Positions 25,982 through 36,935 of a stretch of DNA of 64,000 bases are shown in pieces. Origin of the DNA: Hypanus sabinus (Eukaryota); contig NC_082711.1 in NCBI RefSeq assembly GCF_030144855.1, positions 149,668,001 to 149,732,000 of the forward strand, read 5' to 3'. Position 1 is the first letter of the stretch. Every line of letters starts with the position of its first letter. The notes under the pieces are model-generated. The model did no database searches. It was not told the DNA's origin and saw only the letters and a list, made by a program, of their open reading frames with translations. The translations under genes were made by a program, and so were the position numbers.

Positions 25982-27730
25982 ACTGTATCATTGACTAATT
26001 ACTTTCAGTGAAAATCACTGATCCCAACCTTGGAAGGTGCTGAATTTTAAAAGATTGTCCTTCTTACTCCATTCTCTGTCATTAATTACAACTTGCACAC
26101 TTTCACTACCATGACTCTAGCAAATGCTTCCCACAGTTCCACACCCCATTACTTTATTGGAGGTCTGTTTGGGAATGACACCTGCTCCAGGCATAGACAT
26201 TTTTATATACTTGAGACAACCCCAAGGAATGTACTGATTGTTGCACCTGGCTGTTGGTCAGATTCCTGGTCACAAAAGGCACCCCATGTCTGGGTGAAGC
26301 CCACTGTATGCTACATGACTGTGGCTCTGAGGTAAGCTCAAAGCCAACATTTTGAAAAATGCTTCCAAACCTTCGGCTCACTTGCTAAACAGAAGCAACT
26401 TGGCACTGATACCGAGTCGATAGTGAAATCAAAACTCAAACATCACCCTCCCATCCTGGGTCAGGTTGCTGGTCTGCTCCTTGGCTGAGTCACTGACTAT
26501 CTAGCCTTGACAATCCTTCAGCAGCAGGGGAACCATCTCAAAGCCAACAGACTCAACAGATTCAGTCAGAAATGAACCGAGAGCCTGGAACAGAGAACAG
26601 TGGATGAAAAATGAAGAAAGAAATGAGGACATAATTCTTAAGAAAGCTGTGTGTGTCGGAAAGAGGGAAAGCTTGAGAGAGCTTGGGGGTGGGGTTGGAG
26701 AATGAGACATGGAAGGAAAGACACAAGTCCAGAGAACACAAAACAAAAGACAGTACAGTGGTACAAGTGGTGGTGTTGGAAGTGAGAAGGTTATCACAAA
26801 TTTAGGGGGATTTTGATCAGTTAGGGTAGTGGACCAAGGAGTGGCAAATGTATTTCTGAACAGATAAGTGAGAAGTGATACATTTCGGAAAGTGAAATCA
26901 GAGTAAGACTTATACAATGAATGGTATAAGTCATATAACAGAACAGAAACCCAGGAGTACAAGTGCATAGTTCACTGAAAGCGTTGTCACAAGTGGACTA
27001 GGTGGTGAAAAAGGCATTTAGCACATCAGTCAGGCATTGAGTATAGGAGTTTGGAGGTTATGTTGCAATTGTCTAAGTCAGGGGTGGGCAAACTTTTTGA
27101 CTTGAGGGCCACAAAGGGTTCTAAGATTTGACAGGGGGGCCGGACCAGGAGCAGATGGATGGAGTGTTTTGGTAATACACCTCATAAGAGAAAATAACAT
27201 ATCATGGGATATGTAGAAAACATGTGCTTTAATTTCAATTGAAAATGAACACATGCATTACAACAAAATATCTGTCTTTGAAGTCCCATGGTATTTAGCT
27301 ATTTATTGAAATGACTTTTAAAACACTGAAAATTAAATGAATAAAATACAGCATTTTTTTAATAGTAACAGTTATTATTTTAAAGCACTGAAAATTCTGT
27401 TATCCTTCAAGATATTATCATCATCACTCTCCTCCTGACTGTCTTTATTTCAAAAACGGTAGGAGATGCAGGTCTACTTGTCCTGCTCCTTCTTATTCAA
27501 TTGTCCCCTGTGCCAAAACTCAACAACGACCCGCACAATGACAGAACAGTATGCGGAGCGCGTTATTTGATCTGGAGAGCATTTTTTTTAATTTTGAGAA
27601 CGTACGTGCACCTGCGCACTACTCATGTCCATCACTTAACAGAAATGACATGTAACATGTAAGGCTTATTGAAAAAAATATTTTCAAATGCATTTTTTAC
27701 ATAACACAACGAAGAAACTTATTTTTAATT

Positions 27731-27913
27731 TCAGTGGAAACCGTGTTGTTGGTCTCCCTTTTTAGCCAGCGCATCAAAGTCTGGATTTAGTTTTGTTGTG
27801 GCGATTCTCAGGATGGATCTGAGGTGTTGGTCAGTTAACTTGGATCTGTGGCTGGCTTTGTTGATGTTCATGACGCTGAACGCCTGTTCACACAAATAGG
27901 TCGAGCCGAACAA
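27731..27913 (-). pseudogene. hAT transposase C-terminal (dimerization domain) fragment
   Basis: FGSTYLCEQAFSVMNINKASHRSKLTDQHLRSILRIAT is the hAT-Charlie C-terminal motif. Confidence 0.9.
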
Positions 27914-27965
27914 AGAGTAAAGCGCAAATGTGGAGTAATACGCTGCACCTCAACAAAGGTCAATG

Positions 27966-28198
27966 TGTAGCGGTGTGCTACATGCAGTGCTAAAATTACG
28001 ACACGGAGTCGGTAACTGCAGTCGAAGAAAAAAACTTTATTCGAAATCCCCAGCCTCACTTTAAGCCTCCCTCAACCTGCCCCCCTGCGCAGAGGCTCCA
28101 AAGCTCTGTGCTCGCAAATCCCCGCAGGCTATCTCCCTTAGCCGGAACGCTGGCTAATTGTGAGCCGGTTCGGATGTGCCAGGAAATGGGTCACCTCA
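27966..28198 (-). mobile_element. Solo LTR (233 bp, Gypsy-like) nested in the hAT element
   Basis: TG...CA termini; 4-bp TSD aatg (27962-27965, 28199-28202); minus-strand TTAAA and AATAAA in LTR order. Confidence 0.75.
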
Positions 28199-29340
28199 AA
28201 TGTATATAGAGTGCGTCATCTGTTGGGAAAACGCCAGAATTGCGGGGAAAAAACGTTAACAAGGTTTATTAATATAATTTCATCAAGTTTTGCGGGCCGG
28301 ATTAAAAAGCTTAACGGGCCGCATATGGCCCGCGGGCCGTAGTTTGCCCATGCCTGGTCTAAGTCATTGATGAGGCCACATTTGGAGTACTATATACAAT
28401 TTTGGCCACTCTGCTATTGGAAGGATGTGGTTAAACCGGAAAAAAGTGCAGAAAAGGTTTACGGTGATGCAGCCAGGACTAAAGGGCCTGAGGGAGAGGT
28501 TAGCCAGGCTGGGTCTTTATTCTCATTATCTTTATTCTCAAGAGAAAGAAATTCCATCATAAAGGTGAATGAGCTTATTGAAATGTTTAATATTAAGAGA
28601 GGCATAAATAAACTGGACAGTAACTGCCTTTTCCCTTGGGAAAGAGATTCCAAACTTAAGATACATACCATGAGGGTGAGAGGGGAAAGATTTAAAAGGG
28701 ATCTGAAGGGTAACTTCTTCACACAGAAGGTTGTGTATGGAATCTTCAGAAGAAGTAGGTGAGGCAGGCACAATAGTATCATTTAAGGAGCAATTGAATA
28801 GGTACATGGGAGGGGTGGAGTTTGGGGAGATATTGGCCAAACAGAGGAGATTGGGACTCGCTAGATGGGTACCTGTTGGGCCAAAGGGCCTGTATCGTAC
28901 TGTATTGCTCCGTGATTATAAAAGGACAGCTGGAAAAGAAGAAAGCAAGGGAATACATGTATTGCTGGATGCTATGGATATCTTATAAGATATCTACAGT
29001 TACCATCAACTTCACTCACTGATATTTAGAAAAGTGGCATATTGTATATATGTCAAGACAGAGGCTTTCAACATCAGCTACCTCAGCATCACTATCACTA
29101 GTTTGCTGACTGGCTGTCAATAACTGCTACAACATCTCACTTGCCCTCCACCCACATCCATGCCTCTGTCAAATGCCGTGTTGAATCTTGAGCCCCTTAA
29201 ATGCAAACACAGCTATCAGGAAAGCAGATTGAATGAACATACTCCATGCTGAATACGTTAGTTTGTATAGTTATGGTGCGCCTGGTTGACATCACTCGCT
29301 TCTATCAGAACATCTATTCATCCCTGTTAAAAGTTGAAGC

Positions 29341-29374
29341 TGTGTGTGTGTGTGTGTGTGTGGGGGGGGGGGGG
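29341..29374 (+). repeat. (TG)n microsatellite plus poly-G
   Basis: tgtgtgtgtgtgtgtgtgtgtggggggggggggg. Confidence 0.95.
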
Positions 29375-29734
29375 TGGCTGCGTTCCTTCAGGTTATCAGC
29401 TTCTGAAATCTTTTCTTTAAACCATTTCTATGTCAGCTGTCCTCAATGCTTCAAATTTACATCACCCAATGCTTAAGGAGGCCACTGTATTATCTTTTAC
29501 TGACCTAAATGATGAATGCTAAACTATTCCATGTTCCAACTGCTTAAGTTTTATGCTTGTAACACTGGCTGAGGTGAATAAGTAAAGTTCACATCAAATA
29601 CTTGTCACTTACATCTTAAAACCTGCATTAAAGTTTGCATGTTTACACCTAGTACTAACGTGTCTTGACTGCAAACAAAATGTAAAAATTACAATGAAAT
29701 AATTAACTATACTTCCACGAAAAACTGAGATCAC

Positions 29735-29895
29735 AAGGAGAAATTTCTGGAAATACTTTTTTTCCCTGCAATGGAAATACCTGAGTTGTTAACTCTTGTT
29801 CCTTTCTTAACAGATGCTACATGACCTAAGGGGTACTTCTAGAATATTCTGTCATTATTTCTGATTTTCAGTATGTAGAGTTTTTTTTGCTTTCC
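29735..29895. mobile_element. Very old fold-back Penelope-like remnant
   Basis: aatttctggaaatac ... gtacttctagaatatt inverted; cagatgctacatgacct resembles the younger copies. Confidence 0.45.
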
Positions 29896-30915
29896 TACAA
29901 AATCCCTGGGTTTCCCACTATAAGCGTTCCATTAAAAGCAAGAGTCAGATCTATTTTCTATCCTTTAGTTTGGGTTCTTTGATTTTATATTGTAATCCAT
30001 ATTGGCCAGTGACTGGAATAACTTAATTTCTGGTCTACTTACTTATGTTGTTAAAGGACATTACATTACCTGCCGGTTCTTTTCTTCTTGACTCATCTAT
30101 CCACCCATTTACATTGTCCAAATCCATCATCAATGAAATTACTCTCAGACCAACTTGGGAACCTGCAACATTTCCAGCTAAATGGCTGTCAAGTGCTCTC
30201 TTTGTCATTTCAAACAGATGTGACCAAACCACACTGTGCTGAGCTACAGACTAATCATTTTGTTCTACAAGCTGTTAAAAAGGTCAGCTTGCTGGAATCA
30301 AGCAACGAGACTTCACAGGGAGTTCACTGGTATCTGAACTATGTGCAAACCAGTGGACTGAAATTACTCTACCTTCCCCAGGGGATTGTTTTTCTCGTGC
30401 TCAATGGAAATATTTCTTCAAATGAAAGTAAAGTAGGATATAAATTATCAAGTGGGTAAAATAAAAATGCATGAATTATTGCTGAATAATTGTCAATTTT
30501 AAATATTCAACCACAATTAAATTTCACTCTTTTCCCAATTGGCCTTGGCAGGTATCAGTATCAATCAATCATTTATTATTGCAAAATTGGGAAAGAGACC
30601 TATGAGAACCATTTAGTTAGAGGGCAAGCACAAAATCAATCATCCATTCCTAACTTCCATCATTGTAGCATACATAGTTCAGAGCCATTGCCTCCCTAAA
30701 CACCTTAATAATGTCTGTGTCCATGAGCAACAGCCCAAAGATCCACTTTGGATGTTGGATGCCACTTTCTTTTACCTCTATTTCTTGTAAGTGGAGATGG
30801 AGGATACAATTAAATTCTCTTCAATATTTATCAAAAAGTTTTATTTGCTCTTTCAAGTTACTTCTAGAATTGGCAATGTTTGCAATTGAGAAAAAGCTGG
30901 ACTCATGAAACAAGT

Positions 30916-31194
30916 TATATTTATTTTTATTTCTTTATTGAGGTACAGTGCACCATAGGCCCTTCTGGCCTTTTGAGCCGCGCTGCCCAGCATTCCCTTA
31001 ATTTAATCCTAGCCTAATCACAGGACAACTTACAAAGTCCAAGTAACCTACCAACAGGCACGTCTTTAGACTGGGGCAGGAAACCTGCAGTCATGGGAGA
31101 ACGTACAAACTTGTTACAGGCAGTGGCAGGAATTGAACCCAGGTTGTCGGTCCTGTAAAGCATTGTGCTAACCACTACGCCATGGTGCAGCCCC
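30916..31194 (-). mobile_element. HE1-like V-SINE
   Basis: Reverse copy of the 17237 family: gggagaacgtacaaac, ggaattgaaccc (B-box), gctaaccactac (A-box). Confidence 0.9.
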
Positions 31195-31249
31195 TTTAGA
31201 TGGCAGGTTTCAATAAATACCAATAACTGCAGCAGAAGTTGATAGTTTC

Positions 31250-31600
31250 CTGATTGGTCAGGGAATTAAAGGACATGGTGAGAAGGCAGGTGTATGGGGT
31301 TGAGTGGGATCTGGGATCAGCCATGATGGAGCAGACTCGATGGGCTGAATGGCCTAATTCTGCCCCTATGTGTTACAGTCTTATGGTTTATACCAACTCA
31401 AACTCTAAAAAAATCAGGGAGGCTTATTCCTTTGCAAATAATCCTTTTTCCTTCACAATATCCTTTAGTAATAATGTCCTATATCTTATTGTCTTATAGG
31501 AGATTGGGACTGAGGAGGAAACAGTATCAGCCATGATGAAATAACAGAGTAGACTCAATGGGCCAAATGGCCTAATCTACACCAATGACTTTTGGTCTTA
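31250..31600 (+). mobile_element. Two short CR1 3' tails (~31250-31390 and ~31495-31600)
   Basis: Both carry cagccatgatg..agactc.atgggc..aatggcctaat. Confidence 0.8.
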
Positions 31601-33723
31601 TAATAATTATCTTACATTAATATTGCAAACTTGCATGGTATTTGTGTAATGTGGTATAGAAAGCCCATTTGTCCTGCTGTTTTGGAAGAACACCTTGGTT
31701 TAGCATGTCATCGTTCTATAATTAAGTTTATTTTTAGGTTGTGGGCCAAATAGTATGTGCTTAACACTTTGGAATTGACTTAAAATTAGTGACACAAATA
31801 TGAGCAATTGTTCATCATTTTGAATGAGTATCAGTGCCTTTGGATGGTACAGATTGTTTGCTCTGCCAGATTCAAGTAATAGTGAAATATAAATAGAAAA
31901 AGGAATGAGGTAAAGATTAGGGAATCATTCAAATAAATATAGCGTAAGTGTAAGAAGAAAAATAATCTACTTTTGCTCTCATATTGTCAGTTATAAAAGA
32001 GGTGTCAAATGACAGATTATTTTATCTGTGCTTCCCCCAGTCTATCCCATTCCAGGAAGGGTTGTGGATAGTGGAGCGAAGAAAAATAATCAAAAATTTG
32101 ACCTCCTTACAACATAATGATGCTTGAGCATGATCCTGACTTCCAAAATCCCTAGCTTTTAATTTTATTGAAGCCAAATTTTAGAAGTGTATTTCATTGG
32201 GCAAAAGTTACCATGCTATTCACACAATATACATTATAGATCAGAGGACTAAGTTCTCTCCAAGATCTCTTACAGCAAGAATTTCTCAGTGGTGCTGTTG
32301 GTGGGTTGATCCCAGGCATGTCCAAGGGTTAGAAGTTGCCTGTAAGTGTATTCATCTGAGTCCTACTTGAATATTTCACTAGTTAGGAAGCACTCTATAT
32401 GCCAGCCTAATCAAAATTCACAGTAGAAGGAAAAACAAGGCCCCATGCGACTCAGAAATGGACCATGGAATCAAATGTTAATTTTTCACCTTCGGGTCAG
32501 TCCCCTGTGTGAGATATGAATAAGTAACTGGATGCAGCAAAATTTATTTTCCACTTTATTCAGCACAATCCTCATGAAGGCATGGTTTACTTGCCAGAAA
32601 AAAATTGCATGGATCAGGACTTCCAGAGACAGCTTCATAAAAAAAAAATCCAACCAGATTGTGAGGTTTAATTATTCATGACGGTATGGAATCTAAATCA
32701 AATCTCTTCACTCATAAAATATCTTTTACCCAAGGTTGTTAGTGAAGGAAGTCAAACAGGTGTAAAAGGGACCTCACTAACTTCAGCACCAATGAGGGAG
32801 GCCTGAAGAGAACTAACACATCCGGCTGAACAGATCACCTTCTGATACAGCCTGTTGTTTCCTAACAGTCCAACATTATGCCAAGTCTGACTGTCCAACC
32901 ACCCACCTATACTAAATTACACACCTTTATGGTCACAATACTGCTTCCCCACAACAAAGCAGAGAAATAACAGGTGCTCACTGACACAAAAGACTGGAAT
33001 GGCTCAGGATCTAAATTATCTTTAAAAGAGAAAAGCTTTATCTTTATTATTATCTTCATCTTTAAAAGGTAATAAACCTCCCTTCTATATTGAGATCACA
33101 CTTAAAAAATTAATCAAGGTATAATGTAATTTCAGACTGAAGCAAAACATCTACTGAGTTCTAACAGGTATCCAGCACATTTTCAAAGCAAATTTAGTGT
33201 ATGACGAGCATTGAGGAAAAACTATTAAACCTATAAAAACATACCACCAGTGAAGTAAGATGCTCACTGGTTTCAGTGAAATTCAAAATTCAAATTCAAA
33301 GCTCAAAATAAATTTATGAGCTTAAGATTCATTTACTTGAAGGTATTTATAGGAAATCAAGTGATACAATGCAATTTTACAAAAACTTATACAGAAACAG
33401 ACAAAGATTGACAAACACCATTGTGCAAAAGACAAATTGTGCAAATTGTAAAGAGACACAAGTTGTAAAAAGTTTTTGAAAGTGAATTCACCACACTGGT
33501 TCAGAAGCCCGATAATTGTAGCCTGATAAGACTTCTCTCAATTGAATCTTTGGCACATTACACTCTACCAACACAGTAACACTTCAAGAGATGCCATCTA
33601 CCAAATCATCTTCTCAATCTCCTGATAAACTCATAGGATACAGGTCTTCAGAAATCTGTTTTTATGCTTAATAAGTCCCCACAGTAGTCTATATCTGTCG
33701 GGAGCTTACAATATATTTGTACC

Positions 33724-33972
33724 CCGAGGAAATCTGCAGATGCTGGAAATTCAAACAACAACACACACAAAATGCTGGTGGAACACAGCAGGCCAGGCAG
33801 CATCGACAGGGAGAAGCGCAGTCGACGTTTCGGGCCGAGACCCTTCATCAGGACTAACCGAAAGGAAAGATAGTAAGAGATTGGAAAGTAAAATCACCTT
33901 AAAATAGCGCTTCTCCCTATCGATGCTGCCTGGCCTGCTGTGTTCTACCAGCATTTTGTGTGTGTTGTTGTT
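33724..33972. mobile_element. Young fold-back Penelope-like mini-element with 14-bp TSD
   Basis: TSD aatatatttgtacc (33710-33723, 33973-33986); 66-bp inverted arms 33754-33819 and 33907-33972 with 2 mismatches. Confidence 0.92.
33819..33856 (-). ncRNA. Minimal type I hammerhead ribozyme (Penelope-associated type)
   Basis: Minus strand reads UAGUC-CUGAUGA-A-GGGU(CUCG)GCCC-GAA-ACGU-C-GACUG: helix I UAGUC/GACUG, intact core, helix II, palindromic ACGU mini-helix III, GUC cleavage triplet. Confidence 0.85.
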
Positions 33973-35365
33973 AATATATTTGTACCATTTTATTGAAAGT
34001 TTGTTGTTAAAGTAAATGTCTAAAATTCTTTTAAAGAGGAATAAAAATTTAATTGAGATTGTAAGAAAAATAATGTAGGATTAGAGGAGTTGAAAACATC
34101 GATGAAACTAATGCTCTCTCAAATTGAGGGATAAACTTTTAATATTTTTGTACTGTGATGCCAGAAATTCAAATGGCAGACTTAATCACATTGCCAGTTA
34201 AACCTGCATGTAAAATTTTGGTGTTGGAGAACAAAAACTTCTGTTGGTTTGCCATCTTTTGATACATATTTATGCATGTTTGGGAATTTTGCTTCTTGTG
34301 TGTTCTGTGATTGAAAATTACAATTGGATAGTTCTGTAAAACTGTAGAGGTGTCTCACCACAGGTAGAAATAAAATGATATATCTCCTACTAATTAACTC
34401 TGGAATCTGATAGCTTAATTTATGTGTTTACAAATCAGCCAAATCTGAAAATTTACATAAAGTAACTGCACGTTTACTATTTTAAAAGCTAACGCTATTA
34501 GTCAGTTGACGTTCAGCAGAACCCTTGCAACTTTACCCTCACAGAACAGTACAAGACTTGTCATTCAAATAGCCGACAATATGCCTGTGTGAAAATATTA
34601 TTATGTTGGTCATTCAAGCAAGGATGTTATCTGAAACAATTGTCTAATTTATTGATTATATCACAGCCTTTTCAATAGCTATAAGGGAAGGGCTTTAAAT
34701 GCTGGTTTTACAGTGTCATCCATACCACAAGATTGAATAAAAAGAGCAAAACATTAAAAAATTATGATAACATTTTCTAATCATGTGGTACCTCCAGCTT
34801 ATCCACAGTTAAGATATACTGAACTTTTGTCAACTGACAGAGCGGAATTCTCTCAAATTGTCAGATAATATCATTTTATATTTAACTTGAAGATAGCAGA
34901 AACTATGTCAAGGATGATTTGTTTGCGTACTATCATATGATGCAAATGTGGCCAGCTGCATCTTTTCTGTGCTTTCTTAAACAATGCGGTATTTCAATTA
35001 CACATGATATACTGGAAAACTCAAGATTATATAATTTTCTTCCCTTGTTCATTAATTGTGCACAAAAAGAGTAGTAGTCTATCAGGCAAGAAATTTCTAT
35101 GCAACTCTGTTTCAAATGACGGGCCCCCTTAATTTTGTAGCCATGTCCCTTGTTTGTGACTCTCTCATTAATGAAAACATATGAATACTGGATCATGTCA
35201 AGCCTCCAACTGGCAGCCATTTCAAGGGGCTGAACCCCAATAAATTAAGAGACATTACAGATATCTCAGAATGAACTCAAAACTCTCTGTTCAGTCTCTG
35301 ATTCTTAAATGTTCATGATTCATCAGACACACAAGACCTACCTGTAGGAGTCAATATATTTATGT

Positions 35366-35740
35366 GGACCTCCAAGAGGACCACAACCTTGTCATAGGGT
35401 TTGGAGGCTTGCATACCTCAATGACCCAGAGAGCTATGTTGGTTGGTGTCAGGGCAGTATACCGTGGCTCTTGGTGGGGTCACCCATGCCAAACAGATCA
35501 AAGGGAAGAGGACAGGTTTGAGGGTCCAGCTCAGGGCTAACAACCCTGACTGGTAAAACTAAATTGTGACAGAAACAGCAACAAAGAATCCTTCTACATC
35601 GGAGTGTAACACTATTCCTGAGTCTCCACATAGAAGTTGCATGATTGACAGTAGTGAAAACTGAGAGTCCTACTGACATTGCCAGAGATGAAGGACCTTT
35701 ATTGCTGCCCTAAACACCAGTGGGGTAACAGGCAGTAAGC
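35366..35740 (+). mobile_element. Non-autonomous bipartite RTE-derived element (5' UTR joined to 3' tail)
   Basis: GGACCACAACCTTGTC..GGCTTGCATACCTCAATGA..GAGCTATG..GGGTCACCCA resembles the BovB/RTE 5' UTR core; 3' TTGCTGCCCTAAACACCAGTGGGGTAACAGGCAGTAAG tail; no ORF. Confidence 0.75.
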
Positions 35741-36089
35741 ATTTATATATAATTATTGTCTATACTTGTGTGCCAATTATGCAATTGCAAACAGACATTT
35801 CCATTTTACCTGTCTCTCACCTTACTTCTGGACATTGCAATCAACTTGACTTGTCAAAGGCTTCATGGCATCACAAAATCAAATAAGTTCCCATTTAAGA
35901 ACTTCTAAATTTGTCAGAAAAGTTTGTGAAAAAATCTACATTTTCTTAGTCAATAAGGCTTTCCAACTGTATACAAATCTGCCTTTTCAGAGCAAAGGAA
36001 GGTCAATCAAAAAATCAACATCCCCTTTGTTATGAGTAAAAGTTGCCCAGAGCAAAAAAAAAGTCACCATTTCAATCTTTCAGGTAAAA

Positions 36090-36935
36090 TATGTTCATAC
36101 CTAAGATTCACGTAAGGTGATGGGTAGTTGATAATGAAAAAGAAAACCTGGCTGTAGGAAGATTTGCATCAGTTCGGAAGAAAGTTGGCAAATGGAGTTA
36201 AATCCAGAATAGTGTGCATTTGGAGAGATGCAACAAGGAAAGGGGATATACTGAAAATGGCAAAATACCAGTTGCTATGGAGGAACAAGTCAACCTGGGT
36301 GTGTTCATTTGTAGATCCTTAAAGACAAGTCATTAGAGTGGCTTAACAGAGACATGCCTGCTTTTCTTTCCTGGCCATGCAGCAGAAACAAGTACAAAGA
36401 GATTATGAGTATGAGGAGCTGTGTATAACACAAGTCACTGGTTGAGTCATGTGTACTATCTGGGTCATCATACTGCATATAGATGACATTGCATGAAAGG
36501 GTTCAGAGGAAATTTATGAAGATGTTGGAACTGGCAAATTACCAATATGAGGAAAGGATACAGTTGTTTTCTTTGGAAGAGAAGAGGGTCAAAATTAATA
36601 AAATTGAGATTAATAAAATCATAGGGGTCCTAGGTAGAGGAAAAGGGAAGGTTCTATCACGCTTTGTAGATGGGTCAAGAAACAGTGGGAAAAGATTTAA
36701 TCCAGCTGGTAGATAGATTAGAGGGGAATTGAGGAAAAGTTTTGTCACACAGAGAATGGCAGGTATAGGCAAAGACAGAAATCCTCATCACATATAAAAG
36801 ATGTTGGATGTCTTTTTGAAGAACTATGACCTGCAGGGTTATATACCTGAGGCTGGATTGCGAGAATAGGCTGGACAACTCTTTTTCAGCGAGGTTAGAC
36901 ACATGAAGCTCAAAGGCTCTAATTCTGCTCTAATT
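36090..36935 (+). mobile_element. Old CR1 3' region
   Basis: LHERVQRKFMKM..YEERIQLFSLEEKR; gaggaaaagttttgtcacacagagaatgg. Confidence 0.8.

Larger units (their letters stand above)
27079..28356 (-). mobile_element. Non-autonomous hAT (Charlie/SPIN/GTF2IRD2-like) DNA transposon
   Basis: TIRs CAGGGGTGGGCAAACT / AGTTTGCCCATGCCTG; perfect 8-bp TSD gtctaagt (27071-27078, 28357-28364); GGCCCGCGGGCC subterminal motif. Confidence 0.95.
26800..28915 (+). mobile_element. Old CR1 3' region split by the hAT element
   Basis: Removing 27079-28364 rejoins MLQLSK-SLMRPHLEYYIQFWP; downstream is RFKRDLKGNFFTQKVV and a CR1 tail. Confidence 0.9.

Noticed and set aside
25498-26011. Long overlapping ORFs (166, 101, 99 aa) with repeated PHWL motifs
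   Set aside because: By-product of the stop-poor minisatellite; open in several frames with no domain signal.
27731-27913. Exon of a domesticated gene such as GTF2IRD2 or a ZBED
   Set aside because: Sits inside a TIR- and TSD-bounded young transposon copy.
33648-33954. ORFs MKGLGPKRRL.. / MLVEHSRPGS.. resembling database 'hypothetical proteins'
   Set aside because: Spurious translations of the non-coding Penelope pLTR/hammerhead.
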